A stretch of DNA of 64,000 nucleotides from Azolla caroliniana (lineage: Eukaryota; Plantae; Polypodiophyta): assembly GCA_043228905.1 (NCBI GenBank), contig JBHGNT010000018.1:17670001-17734000 (forward strand), read 5' to 3'. Every line of letters begins with the position of its first letter. The first letter of the stretch is position 1. Shown piece after piece: positions 26,870 through 39,433 of this stretch. Both the position numbers and the translations under genes were made by a program. The notes under the pieces were generated by a model. The model saw only the letters and a program-made list of their open reading frames with translations. It was not told the DNA's origin and did no database searches.

Positions 26870-28290
26870 TTGAGGTTGTTGGATCATATGTATATCTAGG
26901 AGTCACTTTTAGTGCTCGCTCAAGTAAATTCTCGATGACCCAGGCAGCCAAAGATAGGCTAACAAGAGGGTATGCATCCCTCTCACTCCTAGAGAGACAA
27001 TGCCATCATGCATACTTTCAAGAGCCATGAACTAAGGGATGGCTCTTCGACTCGTTAGTGACCCCTTCCCTCATGTATGCATCAGTAGTATGGGCTCCAG
27101 GTACCATCTTTCATGTGGACGCAATTAGAGAGACATTTGGTGACGATGTTATGACGTCAACTCCGAAGTAAATAGAGAGTACCATATGACATTATTAGAC
27201 TGGAGTTCAATTTTCCCCCAATGTTAGTAGAAGCACTTTTCCAAGTGGTAGTTTTAATTCATTGGATACATAGTCAACCACAAGATAGGATATCTTGTCA
27301 AGCTTTTGAGGCATCCTGATCCCTATATGCGTCCAGAGACACTAGCTCTTGGTATAGCATTGTAGTGAGTTGGTTACTCGCAAATGGTATAGACATTAAT
27401 AACCTGGCCCCCTTTACCATGGGACTAATCAAACTTTAATCTCTCATGAAGATCATAACAAAGTAATATGCCAAGAAATATGGCAAATTTACACCCGATA
27501 TAAATGGATCACCCCACAAGAGTCACTCCCATCTAAAATGGTGTACTATAAGGAACACTTCTTGCACTTCTCTATGTTAGGTTTTATTACATGACCAAAA
27601 TATCTAGATACATTCTTATCAAATGCACTAAGGGTGGCCATTGGACAACTTAGGATATCATCTCACCAACTTGAGATTGAGAATGGTCGTGCTAATAGAG
27701 TTCCTATAGAGGAAAGGTTATGTAGGTTATGTCACATAGAGATAGAGGATGAGTATCACCTTACGTGCAAGTATCCAACTTATCACGAGTCTCAAGATAA
27801 GGGCGAAATACCAAGATATACGAGTACCCTCTCCCTCCCTCTCCAAACTGTTAGATACCTCGAACATAAAGAGACTATGTAGGTATATCCTAGATCTAAA
27901 ACAACATAGGGAGAATAAATTACAAAGTATTAACCATAAACCATTTAGTATTCACCAACATGCAACTAATGTAACTTTTCAGGAATAAGGGGAGACGATG
28001 AATGTGAACACACTTACACCACTCGGCCTCTCTCTTGATGAAGTAGACATGCAAAGAACAACCAAACGCCCTCAGATGTTGGGCTTCAAAGTTCCTCGAC
28101 GTAGAGTAGAAACGATTAAGAAGATAAGGGAATGTGAGCTATGCTGCCTAGAAGCTATGGTAGGGGCGCCTTTTACATTGGGACCACGAGCCACATCCAC
28201 ATCGAAACCTTTTGTCCTCCCGCTTCTTTTCAAGAGACTTGGATGGAAATGAACTTGGCCTAGTATAAAGCCATTTCCTTATAGAACATG
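26870..28290 (+). mobile_element. decayed LINE (RTE/L2-like ORF2 C-terminus)
   Basis: YVYLGVTF near 26885 and LRISSHQLEIENGR...EERLCRLCHIEIEDEYH, a typical non-LTR C-terminal Cys/His motif; many stops. Confidence 0.7.
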
Positions 28291-28950
28291 TTTTTTTTAC
28301 TAGAACTATTTAGCTTGAGCTCTGTTTTATTTTTATTATTTTTATTATTTTTATTATTTTTATTATTTTTATTATTTTTATTATTTACTTTCGATGAATG
28401 GGTAAATACCCCTTTTTTTCCAAAAAAAACTTCTTCCATTAGTTATAAAATTTTACAAATGAGACTATTATGTACCATTTTTGTTGTAAACCAATTGTCT
28501 CATGGGCCATGGGCCAATTTTGGTCTTAGAAGACATCAATATATCTTTCTTTCTTTCTTTCTATCTAAGATATGTATGGATGTGGTCCAAATTATTAGTA
28601 ACAAACACGCACGCACACGCACGCACACACACACGCACACACTTGGAATATGTACAACAAAATAGATTTAACATACTCATTTAAGAGTCATCATGGCTAG
28701 CTAAAAAGAGAGAATGGAGGTGGAAGATGTTTGTGCGCATAGGTTGACAAATAGTTTGGGATACACATGTTAAATATGAGCTTTTCTATTGTGTCATGTG
28801 TTACATATGCTTGGAAGACATGAAGCAAACCTTGTGATCTTGCTAGAAATTGTTGTATTGAGCATAACCAAGGCACTAGAATAATCACATCTTCTTTTCC
28901 CTTGATCTTGCAAGATGCAACAACAACAATCAATGTTGGGAATGACACCA

Positions 28951-29009
<59 letters not shown>

Positions 29010-29119
29010 GTTGGTAGTCCTACATTTGACAAAGCCTCCATATCTTAAAGCAATTGTGAGCAACATAGCATCTAACAAAAGATGTCTAATTACGATTACT
29101 CTTTCCATGGGTCCTCAAC

Positions 29120-30302
29120 CGCCAACTTTGGAAGCGGGAACACTAATCTAGGAAATGCCAATATTGATTCCCAAATATACCCATATCCACGTGGTATATG
29201 AAACTTATTTCTAACTGTCCGAAAGGCCATCATTTTCCTACATGACTATAATATACCATCTTCCACCGTTACCAAGCCCAGCCTGGCCATTCGATTAAAC
29301 TGTATATTTAGGCTTTCTTTTCCATCCCAATGTATTATCCTTGAAGATGCCAACACATCTGCTACCAAGGAATTAGTATCTTTTCTACACTCAGGGGGGC
29401 TCCAATGAAATATTTTTCAAGCATCGCTGCCAAGAAAGCGCTAATTGTTGGACCATAATAGATTCTGAACATTTAAATGCACGGGTATTATTAACAACAT
29501 GCCACCACGATGTTGTAATTTTTGTTTTCCCATGGTATATACCAACCTTTTCCACAATTATTTCTTTCCAAGGTTGGGTACCTATGCACATACCTTTCAA
29601 CAGATTGAATCGTCGAGCCACCATATGATCCTCCAAATGTAGTAATGTAACTCCCCCTAACTGTTTTGGAGTATAGATATTGTTCCATGATACCCAACTC
29701 ATACCCAATTTTGATTCTTTCTTCCACAATGTATATTTAAGTGAATCAGCTAAGTGATCAATTGATTTCTTTGTCCAAGGTAATAATGGCAAAAAATAAG
29801 AAATCATTGGAATCATTATAGCTTGTACCACTTTGAGACGAGTACTAAACGGCCATAATTGAGACTTCCAATACATAAATTTGTCTAAAATGGTCCCCGA
29901 TATCCAATTCAAACTTTGAGACGTTGAGATATCAACACCAATAGGGTAACCTAAGTGCTGACACACATTGCCTTGATCCAATATTTGGTCACACCATCCA
30001 AGATCAACCAAATCACTCTCAGTGCATCTAATGAGCATCGACTTTCGCATATTTATATGTAATCCTGACGCCAATGCAAACACTTTCCACACCTCCATGG
30101 ATTTTGCTATATTATCAAGTACCGCTTTAAGAAATAAGAACGAATCATCGGCCAATGCCTAAGCTATCAATTGTTTCCTTGATAGTAGAGCTAGTCCAAC
30201 TATTTCCCCACATGTTGCCAACTCATGCATCTTCACCAAAATCAGGTGTGTAGAAATTGCAAATAATAATGGATTCAAAGGGCATCCTTGTCTAAGTGAT
30301 CT

Positions 30303-30305
<3 letters not shown>
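29120..30305 (-). mobile_element. L1-like LINE reverse transcriptase fragment
   Basis: SLRQGCPLNPLLF, ADDSFLFL, SGLHINMRKS, HLGYPIG and VSWNNIYTPKQLGG. Confidence 0.88.
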
Positions 30306-30354
<49 letters not shown>

Positions 30355-30359
30355 ATAAT

Positions 30360-30522
30360 TAGCTTACCCTAGTGGTAAGTCGATAACACTACAAGCATTG
30401 TGTCTTGGGTTTGATACCCAATTTCTTCACCTCTCTATTATATATTTCTTATATATCTATCTATTTCACTAGATGCCACTGTGGAATGTAGGGGTTGAAC
30501 CCATGACCACCTGGTCTCCATA
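30360..30522. mobile_element. tRNA-derived SINE-like repeat with two convergent A/B-box heads
   Basis: Plus-strand TACCCTAGTGG...GGTTTGATAC and minus-strand GGTTCAACCC. A reverse-complement copy lies at 56067-56215 and a partial copy at ~42305-42375. Confidence 0.55.
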
Positions 30523-32571
30523 ACTCATGGAAAGGAGTGAACATGAGGTTCACGAGAGAGAGATAGATAGATGTTTCTGAACAATATATACACGTTTTAT
30601 GTCTAGGTCATACAATACGGAACAATCAAACTTGGATTAGCATGGCATGACATGAATATTAATGATAGAAGTTTCTAAAGGATTGTCCACCATCACAAGT
30701 ATTTACATATACAAGTAAGACAAGGAGGCGATAGTAGCAACATTGATAGTCATAGAAATGTAATGTGTTAAGACATATGTGAAGTGGAAAACCACATACC
30801 AAACCATCACATCTTCGATACCAAGGACACAGTTGGTAGTCCTAGCCTTAAAGAAAGCGATAAATTCAAGACTACCTTCCACTTAAATATGACACAAAGT
30901 TGAAACCTAATGATATATACATACATGTATCCCTTGATAGAAAGTGTCCATCTTCTCAAGTATCAACACATGTACTATATGTGAATCCAATTTATTAAAT
31001 TGTGAAATAAGAAAGTTGAATGATGTATGTAGTTTCACATACGATAAAATGTACAAATGTTATAGTGACACCATTGTTGTTGACTGGTATTTTTGTGCTT
31101 CTAACCTTGATGTTCCTTTTATGTACCCGGGTATTCCCATGGCTCGCCCATGGTTTCAAGGAGAAGGGACCAAATTGGAAGAAGGGGGTCTACAAATATA
31201 TGAATGTCTAGGAAACAAGTAATTTATGGAACTATGACCACGCCAATAGTTTCATGTGTTTGAACCTATTAACTAACTTGGTGATTGCTTATAAATTAAT
31301 CTAATCTTGGAACATGACTCTTAAAAGCTTCCTCACAAAGGAGATTCGATATCAAACTTGTCAATATAGATAACAGCCTCATTCACAAAGGGATGTATGG
31401 TCATTTTAATAGATTTCATTTCTAAATTACTTTGTAGATAGACAATTTATCCAAAGAATCACAATCCATTGGCACTATGAGAAAACTTCATTATAGATTA
31501 TTGAGTTTTTAATGATATCATTATCTTACACAATGAATATCCTTCCCCATGGAATGCTCACTATATACAACTATTATCTTGATTTTTTCAAGTAATTCAG
31601 TTTCGTTACACATCTATAAAAAAATTGTACGTGTGGAGAATTAAAAGGCTGAAGAAATCAAGCAAAAGATAGTAAGCACCTTTTTATATCATAGCCAATG
31701 TGGTTCTCGTTAATGTAACAAAAATTCGTAGAAACGAAGACTTCCTTTAAAAAAGACAAAAGAGAACATTTATAGTGTCCACATAAGTTTCTTTGTGTGC
31801 CCCAATTACCAAAATTATATATAAATCATAAAGTTGGAACTTGGCATCAACCAACGCGCACATTTATAGCAGAAAAAAGGACACAAAGGGGATGTCGTCA
31901 GTCCCAATGATGCCTATCTCGTTGGAGTAATAAAATTCTTGTTGTAATCTAAAGTTGTCCTCGAAAAGTGTGGAAAATCCAAAGGACTTACATTAATAAT
32001 GTGGAAAACTATGTAAGTAGTAAGTACAAAGTATTTAGTAAATTTTCAAGAATATTTTATTTAATCTCCATTCCCCCGAAGTTGCAACATTTGAAAGAGA
32101 TCAGGGAATGTTGGGAAGGTTAGAGTTTTTTCCCTAGATATGAAGGGAAATGTCTGTAGAGAATGGGAATTGATCATGTTTTCTCTTGGCAAAGGTAAAT
32201 TTGAGAGAATATCTAACTGTCTAGAGAGAGTAAGGAATCACATTAGTTTTGAGAAAGTTTTGTGTTTACTTTGTTTCACAAAGCTACTTAAGGATGAAGG
32301 AATAGTGCCTAACACACATAAACAAAGCTTCATGTGCATGATGCAACCCGCAACAATCGTCTTGCAATGGAATGGCTTAAAAATTAAAAGTTTTTTGAAA
32401 AAAATAATGAAGTGTCAACCCTAAACCATTAAACCATTTAAACTCGTTCAAACCGTTTAGACTAGAAATCATTAAGCCGATAAAGGCTCAAATCAAACCA
32501 AACCAAATCGTTTAAACCATTAAGCCACAATTTCATGGTTCGGTCTGGTGAACCAAACCATTGTTGATTGT

Positions 32572-32612
<41 letters not shown>

Positions 32613-33224
32613 TTACGAAAGAGATAAAATAAAAGAGATTACTAAAGAGAGAGAGAGATTAGGAAAGAGAGAGAGAGAGACCACTATTTTATGAGGAAGA
32701 GGAGGAAAGTTCTTAACAACCCATGTGCAAAGAGTGAAATTTTCTTATACTAGTCATAGAAGAAGAATACATACATTAAAATGTCAAATAGTTTACAACA
32801 AAACGAAACATCAAAAAGTACATTTTTAAGACAGTACCAAAACATTGAGCAAAACAAGCAACACGCTCTCCTTTCCCACCAATTAATTTAGTGTTATTTG
32901 AGATAGAATCCCAACCCGCACACTTAATTAAGAAACATAACACAAACTCTCCTTCCATTACAAGAAGGTGAGGGGGGAGGGGGGAAGAGACAATACCAAT
33001 ACATACATTTGATTCAATATATACCTACAACACTGAAATCCTTTCATGGCAACACAACCAAGTATGGATGGGTACATGAGAAGATGTGATAACAAAGGAC
33101 AACCTCTCCTTCTATAACAAGAAGGTAAATCTTATTTATTTGCTCGAGCTTTTTCCTGAAGTTGTCATGTACTCGATGGTGGTCTTGAAGTTTCCGGAAA
33201 CATCCCCAATAGGATAAGACCATG

Positions 33225-33980
33225 GAAACCTGGCGCTAACCAAAGAGAAGAAATACAATACTGACATTCGGAATTCACTAGAGATACCAACATTCTGAAT
33301 TCACGAGGGGTCTCCTAAGGCTACAAAAACCCGGATCTAACAAAGAGAAGGAAAACAATACATGCCGCCATTCCGGATTCACGAGGGGCTATGCAAGGCT
33401 ACAAAAACCCGGCCCTAACAAAGAGAAGGAAAACAATACATGCCGCCATTCCGGATTCACGAGGGGCTACACAAGGCTACAAAAACCCGGGCCTAACAAA
33501 GCGAAGGAAAACAATACATGGCCCATTCCGAATTCACGAGGGGCCATGCAAGGCTACAAAAACCCGGCCCTAACAACAATACATACCACCATTCTGCATT
33601 CACAAGGGGTCTCACAAGGCTACACAAGGCTACAAAAACCCGGGCCTAACAAAGCAAAGGAAAACAATACATGGCCCATTCCGAATTCACGAGGGGCGAT
33701 GCACGGCTACAAAAACCCGGCTCTAACAAAGAAAAGGAAAACAACAAATACCGACATTTCGAATTCACGAGCGCCTAGCAAGGCTACAAAAACCCGGCCC
33801 TAACAAAGAGAAGGAAAACAATACATACCACCATTCCGAATTCACGAAGGCTCTCTCGCAAGGCTACAAAAACCCAGGCCTAACAAAGAGAAGGAAAACA
33901 ATAAATACCAGACACTTCGAATTCACTAGGGACTTCGCAAGGCTACCAAAACCCGGCCCGATCAAAGAGATGGAAAACAA
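33225..33980. repeat. tandem array, about 10 units of ~78 bp
   Basis: The ACAAAAACCCGG...AACAAAGAGAAGGAAAACAATA...GAATTCACGAGGGG...CAAGGCT unit starts at 33323, 33401, 33479, 33556, 33632, 33709, 33786, 33866 and 33945. Confidence 0.92.
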
Positions 33981-34066
33981 TTACATGAAAAACCCTTACC
34001 ACCCCCTATACCTATTTACTTAGGGCTGCGGCCTTCAGACTGGGGGGCATATGGAATGCAATCTGC

Positions 34067-34354
34067 CTACTCCACCTCGATCGGTGACCGAACGACCACA
34101 ACCTCGCCATTCTTGACACGGATATAAATGTCGGGAGAGATGTCAATCCTAGGCGTTCTGGATCCATTCACTATGATGACAATGCCGAGTTCCGTCCACG
34201 AGTCCGAGTTCGGGAGCTTGATTGTCGTGCTAGATCTCCGGGCGATGCCCATGTTTTGGTCATGGAGAATCTGTGTGTTGCCGCGGCACTCCACCTCTAT
34301 GGTGCAATGGCAATCGGAATCATTGTGTATGTTAACGGTTTGGCTATTCCCCAT
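34067..34354 (-). CDS. small (95 aa) intronless protein of unknown function, family copy 1; predicted beta-rich, possible N-myristoylation
   Basis: Intact ORF, GC-richer than its flanks, with ACCGTCATGG start context and upstream TATA boxes. Protein conservation with the divergent paralogs at 46681 and 53321 supports it. Confidence 0.78.
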   Translation of the reverse strand: MGNSQTVNIHNDSDCHCTIEVECRGNTQILHDQNMGIARRSSTTIKLPNSDSWTELGIVIIVNGSRTPRIDISPDIYIRVKNGEVVVVRSPIEVE

Positions 34355-34379
34355 GACGGTTCGGGGCCAGAGCCGAATC

Positions 34380-34920
34380 CAGGGATGGAAAAGGGGCTAC
34401 GGATTGATCAGAGGGCTAGGTCTTCAGGGGATAGAGGATGGAGATAGAGATGGAGATGGAAGATGGAAGATGGAAGATGGAGATGGAGATGGAGATGGAG
34501 ATGGAGATGGAGATGGAAGATGGAAGATGGAAGATGGAAGATGAAGATGGAGATGGAAGATGGAGATTAACCACTTCTTATAGCAGACGTACCACCATCT
34601 ACCACTTCATTTCTTGAAGTAAAACTCTTTAAAAATAAATGAAGACAGAAATGATTGATCCAGGGATGGAAAAGGAGGCACGGATTGATCAGAGGTCTAG
34701 GTCTTCAGGGGATAGAGAGATGGAAGATGGAGATGGGAGATGGAAGATGGAGATGGAAAATGGAGATGGAGATGGAGATGGAAGATGGAGATGGAAGATG
34801 GAGGTAGAGATGGAGATGGAGATTAACCACTTTTTATAGCAGGTATACCACCATCTACCACTTCATTTCTTGAAGTAAAACACTTCAAAAAATGAATGAC
34901 GACAGAAATTGATTGATCCC
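34380..34920 (-). promoter_or_regulatory. tandemly duplicated core promoter/5' UTR (TATA box + (ATCTCC/ATCTTCC)n tract, twice)
   Basis: Minus-strand TATAAAAA at 34831-34838 and TATAAGAA at 34575-34582, each followed by a pyrimidine-rich microsatellite and the same leader block. The same layout precedes copies 2 and 3. Confidence 0.6.
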
Positions 34921-35045
34921 TCAAAAGTAAAGAAGGGCTCAAAAAACATGGGATTCTGTTAGACAGGATTCTAAGTGTGAAAAAGAAGGAGAGATGCCGT
35001 GTGTGTGATTCTCTTTAGTCGTGTTTCTCTTAGTTTTTCTTTGTA

Positions 35046-35358
35046 GGGAAAAGTACGAGGATACCCCTGAAAGTTCATCTATTTACCAAAATGCCCCTAG
35101 AAGTTCCAAATTTACCAAACTACCCCTATGTCCAAACAATTACACTTTATAAAGTAATTATACACTCAAATATTTGGTAAATAGGGCTAGTTTGGCTTCA
35201 TTTCTTTCATCTTTGGTAAATAGGGCTTGTAGATTTGAGTGTATAATTACTTTATAAAGTGTAATTTTTTGGATATAGGGGTAGTTTGATCAATTTGAAA
35301 CTTTCAGGGGCATTTTGGTAAATAGACGAACTTCCAGGGGTATCCTAGTATTTTTCCC
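35046..35358. mobile_element. Mutator-like MITE
   Basis: Long TIRs GGGAAAAGTAC...GTATTTTTCCC; 9-bp TSD TTCTTTGTA/TTCTTTTTA. Confidence 0.85.
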
Positions 35359-35668
35359 TTCTTTTTAATAGAGTCAAAACACCTTTTTTTTTATAGAATG
35401 AAAATGGAGTTAGCACTTTTGTTTTAATAGATGTGGACTTCGCGCTAATATCAATGACGCTTGTAAGCATGGGTGCCAATTTCTCTAAACTTGTTGGCTC
35501 TTTCCACCTAAGCACCTTGAGGTTGTTATGTTTATTTAACCACTCTTCCACTCACAATTAAATCAAGACTCATCAACTTCACTTAAAAGACTTAATCCAT
35601 GCTAATTGGATTAATTGCAGGTATGCAACGGTTCACATAATGTTGAAAATATATTGTCTCACGTGTGC

Positions 35669-35700
<32 letters not shown>

Positions 35701-35902
35701 GTGTGTGTGTGTGTGTAGGTACGTATCCATATGTAGATATGTTAGGGTCTAAATTGAATGTCTTGTATCCTCCATTGTGTGTCTAGTAATATCTTTGACG
35801 TTTTCAACACACTCATCTTGCCTATTCCAATACATGAAAGAGAGAGAGTGCATGATTGTCTTCACAATAGCACATTACCACTTATATAAGGCAAAAATTA
35901 TC

Positions 35903-36286
35903 TTGTGAAGATTGTTCAAGAAAATCAAGAAAACGCAATTACAAAATTTATGCACGACATGCTAAAATGTTTATTGTGGAAAACCCTTAAGGAGGTAAAA
36001 CCGTAGGACCTAGTCCAAAACAATTTAAGAAGAAAGGTAAATTTTTCTCTTAACAATTTAAACCCAACTAAAAAGACACAAAAACCACCAAAGACTCATG
36101 GCATGTGGAGGTGATGATGTCCAAAACATCATCATTTTATCATGCACTCAAAAACGTTAATGGAAAAGGCCAAGAAGAAGAGTATAAGCTCTCCTAAACC
36201 ACTAATGGAGATGAAGTAGAAGAGGGAAGAGAAGAGAAGAGAAGGGAAGAGAAAGTAACCCAAAACGTAGCTAATTGTCCCGGCAC
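35903..36286 (-). mobile_element. possible degenerate solo LTR (also in the other two units, ~39637 and ~43320)
   Basis: Contains GTGGAAAACCCT...AAAACCG, the reverse complement of the motif in the copia LTRs at ~19940-19972 and ~58507-58537. Boundaries are approximate. Confidence 0.4.
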
Positions 36287-36748
36287 ATCTTATCCCCGTT
36301 TCTATATATATTTTTCTTCTTGTTTCGTCTTTTTTTATTTTACCTGTTTAAAAAAGGTTCAAAAATTTCCCTTTGGTTTTCTTGGATTTTTTTCCCCCAA
36401 TTCTTAAAAACTTAACAGCCCCCCATTGAACATGGGCTTAATTTTTAGGCCCACGTTGGGTTGATTGGTCAATGGCCAAAACAAATTTTACCTTGTGGTG
36501 TTATTGTATCTATATACTCAAGTACTTCACTCGCAGAACTTGTGTATTACATTTCCATTATTAAACTTTTATGGCTTTCGTCGATAAACCCTAAACCCTT
36601 ACTTCTTTGGTCGTGTTGTAACTGTCTTAAGTAGACCATGGATTGCTTTACTAAGCCATTGCAACCGTTTTAATCAAACCATTACTAAACCATGGTTAAG
36701 GTTATCTTACCTACAACTAACCATAGTTTTACTTCTCTTCATTAATTT

Positions 36749-36779
<31 letters not shown>

Positions 36780-37749
36780 TTAAGGAAGTTTCTTGGAAGG
36801 GAGAGAAATGGGTAAGAGACTAAGTTAGAAGAAGAAGAAAAAGAAGGAGAAGAAAGATGAATAAAAAAAATATTTTTAAATGAATATAAGATGTAAATAA
36901 AAACAAAATGAATAAAAGTATAAAAGGAAAAAAGGCAAAAACATAAACAATAATATGAAACAAAATTTGATTAATTAATTCATGAAAACCTAAACATAAC
37001 CCTAACAAGATCTGAAGAAACAAGAGATCAGTAGTAGTAGCCCTATCCGAAATAGTAGCCCTATCTATAACTCTATGAGTAGCCAGAACTTTTAACCCTA
37101 ACCCTAACCCTAACCTCATCTCCATATGGACCTTTCTAGAAAAATGACAAGGCTAAATAAAGTCCCACATCTATGATTTACAAGGTCAAATACTTTAAAA
37201 CACAATAAGGTTCAAAAAACCATCTATTTAATCCAAAAAGCATTACAACCACAAAGTACCTAAAAGTATACTTTCAAGTTTCAATCATGAGTGAAATTCC
37301 TAGGAAATCTGTTATGGAGTAGTTAAGAACTTAGGATTTGAGAAATTAAGGAAAAAGTTGTTGAAAGTAATTAGAGATATTAGTCGTCAAGTAGTTGACT
37401 GGATATCTATTTAAGAAGCTTGTGTTTGAACATAAAAAGATACATAAATGGAATGTCACTTATTTTAAGGATTTATGTATAAAATTAGGCAATTGCTATC
37501 ATTTTGGTGAGTTGTAAATTGATAAAGCATTAGATAAGTGAGTTGTAAATTGATAAATCAAGTTTTGAAGGTATATATACCTTCGAAACTTGATTCAATA
37601 TATACCTTCAAAACTTGATTCAATATATACTTTGAATGCTGATATATCCTTTCATGGCAACAATTACATGAAAAACCCTTACTCCCCCCCCTTATACCTC
37701 TTATTTAGAGGCTGTCTTCAGACTGGGGGGCATATGGAATGCAATCTGT

Positions 37750-38037
37750 CTACTCCACCTCGATCGGTAACCGATCGACCACAATCTTGCCATTCTTAAC
37801 ACCGATATAAATGTCGGGAGAGATGTCAATCCTAGGCGTTCTCGATCCATTCACTATGATGACAATGCCGAGTTCCGTCCACGAGTCCGAGTTCGGGAGC
37901 TTGATTGTCGTGCTAGATCTCCGGGCGATGCCCATGTTTTGGTCATGGAGAATCTGTGTGTTGCCGCGGCACTCCACCTCTATGGTGCAATGGCAATCGG
38001 AATCATTGTGTATGTTCACGGTTTGGCTATTCCCCAT
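37750..38037 (-). CDS. small (95 aa) protein of unknown function, family copy 2
   Basis: Intact ORF; protein identical to copy 3 and 5 aa different from copy 1. Confidence 0.78.
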   Translation of the reverse strand: MGNSQTVNIHNDSDCHCTIEVECRGNTQILHDQNMGIARRSSTTIKLPNSDSWTELGIVIIVNGSRTPRIDISPDIYIGVKNGKIVVDRLPIEVE

Positions 38038-38777
38038 GACGGTTTGGGGCCAGAGCCGAATCCAGGGATGGAAAAGGGGCTACGGATTGATCAGAGGGCT
38101 AGGTCTTCAGGGGATAGAGTATGGAGATAGAGATGGAGATGGAAGATGGAAGATGGAAGATGGAGATGGAGATGGAGATGGAGATGGAGATGGAGATGGA
38201 AGATGGAAGATGGAAGATGGAAGATGGAGATGGAGATGGAGATGGAGATGGAGATGGAGATGGAAGATGGAAGATGGAGATGGAGATGGAAGATGGAGAT
38301 TAACCACTTCTTATAGCAGACGTACCACCATCTACCACTTCATTTCTTGAAGTAAAACTCTTTAAACATAAATGAAGACAGAAATGATTGATCCAGGGAT
38401 GGAAAAGGAGGCACGGATTGATCAGAGGTCTAGGTCTTCAGGGGATAGAGAGATGGAAGATGGAGATGGGAGATGGAAGATGGAGATGGAAAATGGAGAT
38501 GGAGATGGAGATGGAAGATGGAGATGGAAGATGGAGGTAGAGATGGAGATGGAGATTAACCACTTTTTATAGCAGGTATACCACCATCTACCACTTCATT
38601 TCTTGAAGTAAAACACTTCAAAAAATGAATGAAGACAGAAATTGATTGATCCCTCAAAAGTAAAGAAGGGCTCAAAAAACATGGGATTCTGTTGACAGGA
38701 TTCTAAGTGTGAAAAAGAAGGAGAGATGCCGTGTGTGTGATTCTCTTTAGTCGTGTTTCTCTTAGTTTTTCTTTGTA

Positions 38778-39091
38778 GGGAAAAGTACGAGGATACCCCT
38801 GAAAGTTCATCTATTTACCAAAATGCCCCTAGAAGTTCCAAATTTACCAAACTACCCCTATGTCCAAACAATTACACTTTATAAAGTAATTATACACTCA
38901 AATATTTGGTAAATAGGGCTAGTTTGGCTCCATTTCTTTCATCTTTGGTAAATAGGGCTTGTAGATTTGAGTGTATAATTACTTTATAAAGTGTAATTTT
39001 TTTGGATATAGGGATAGTTTGGTAAATTTGAAACTTTCAGGGGCATTTTGGTAAATAGACGAACTTCCAGGGGTATCCTAGTATTTTTCCC
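38778..39091. mobile_element. Mutator-like MITE (co-duplicated copy of 35046-35358)
   Basis: Same TIRs, TSD and relative position as in unit 1. Confidence 0.85.
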
Positions 39092-39401
39092 TTCTTTTTA
39101 ATAGAGTCAAAACACCTTTTTTTTTATAGAATGAAAATGGAGTTAGCACTTTTGTTTTAATAGATGTGGACTTCGCGCTAATATCAATGACGCTTGTAAG
39201 CATGGGTGCCAATTTCTCTAAACTTGTTGGCTCTTTCCACCTAAGCACCTTGAGGTTGTTATGTTTATTTAACCACTCTTCCACTCACAATTAAATCAAG
39301 ACTCATCAACTTCACTTAAAAGACTTAATCCATGCTAATTGGATTAATTGCAGGTATGCAACGGTTCACATAATGTTGAAAATATATTGTCTCACGTGTG
39401 C

Positions 39402-39433
<32 letters not shown>

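Noticed and set aside
33225-33980. CRISPR-like array, or a repeat protein (ORFs 33391-33573, 33546-33803)
   Set aside because: Whole units repeat with no unique spacers, there are no cas genes and the context is eukaryotic. The ORFs arise because 78 is a multiple of 3 and break at indels.
37094-37116. (TAACCC)n as a telomere remnant (also ~40810, ~44813)
   Set aside because: Only 3-4 units; telo-box-like motifs are common in plant intergenic DNA, and these copies come from the segmental duplication.
34128-38350. Plus-strand ORFs of 121-179 aa overlapping the small genes (GDGDG/WRWR tails)
   Set aside because: Antisense shadows extended by microsatellites; the tails differ among copies and are not conserved in the divergent paralogs.
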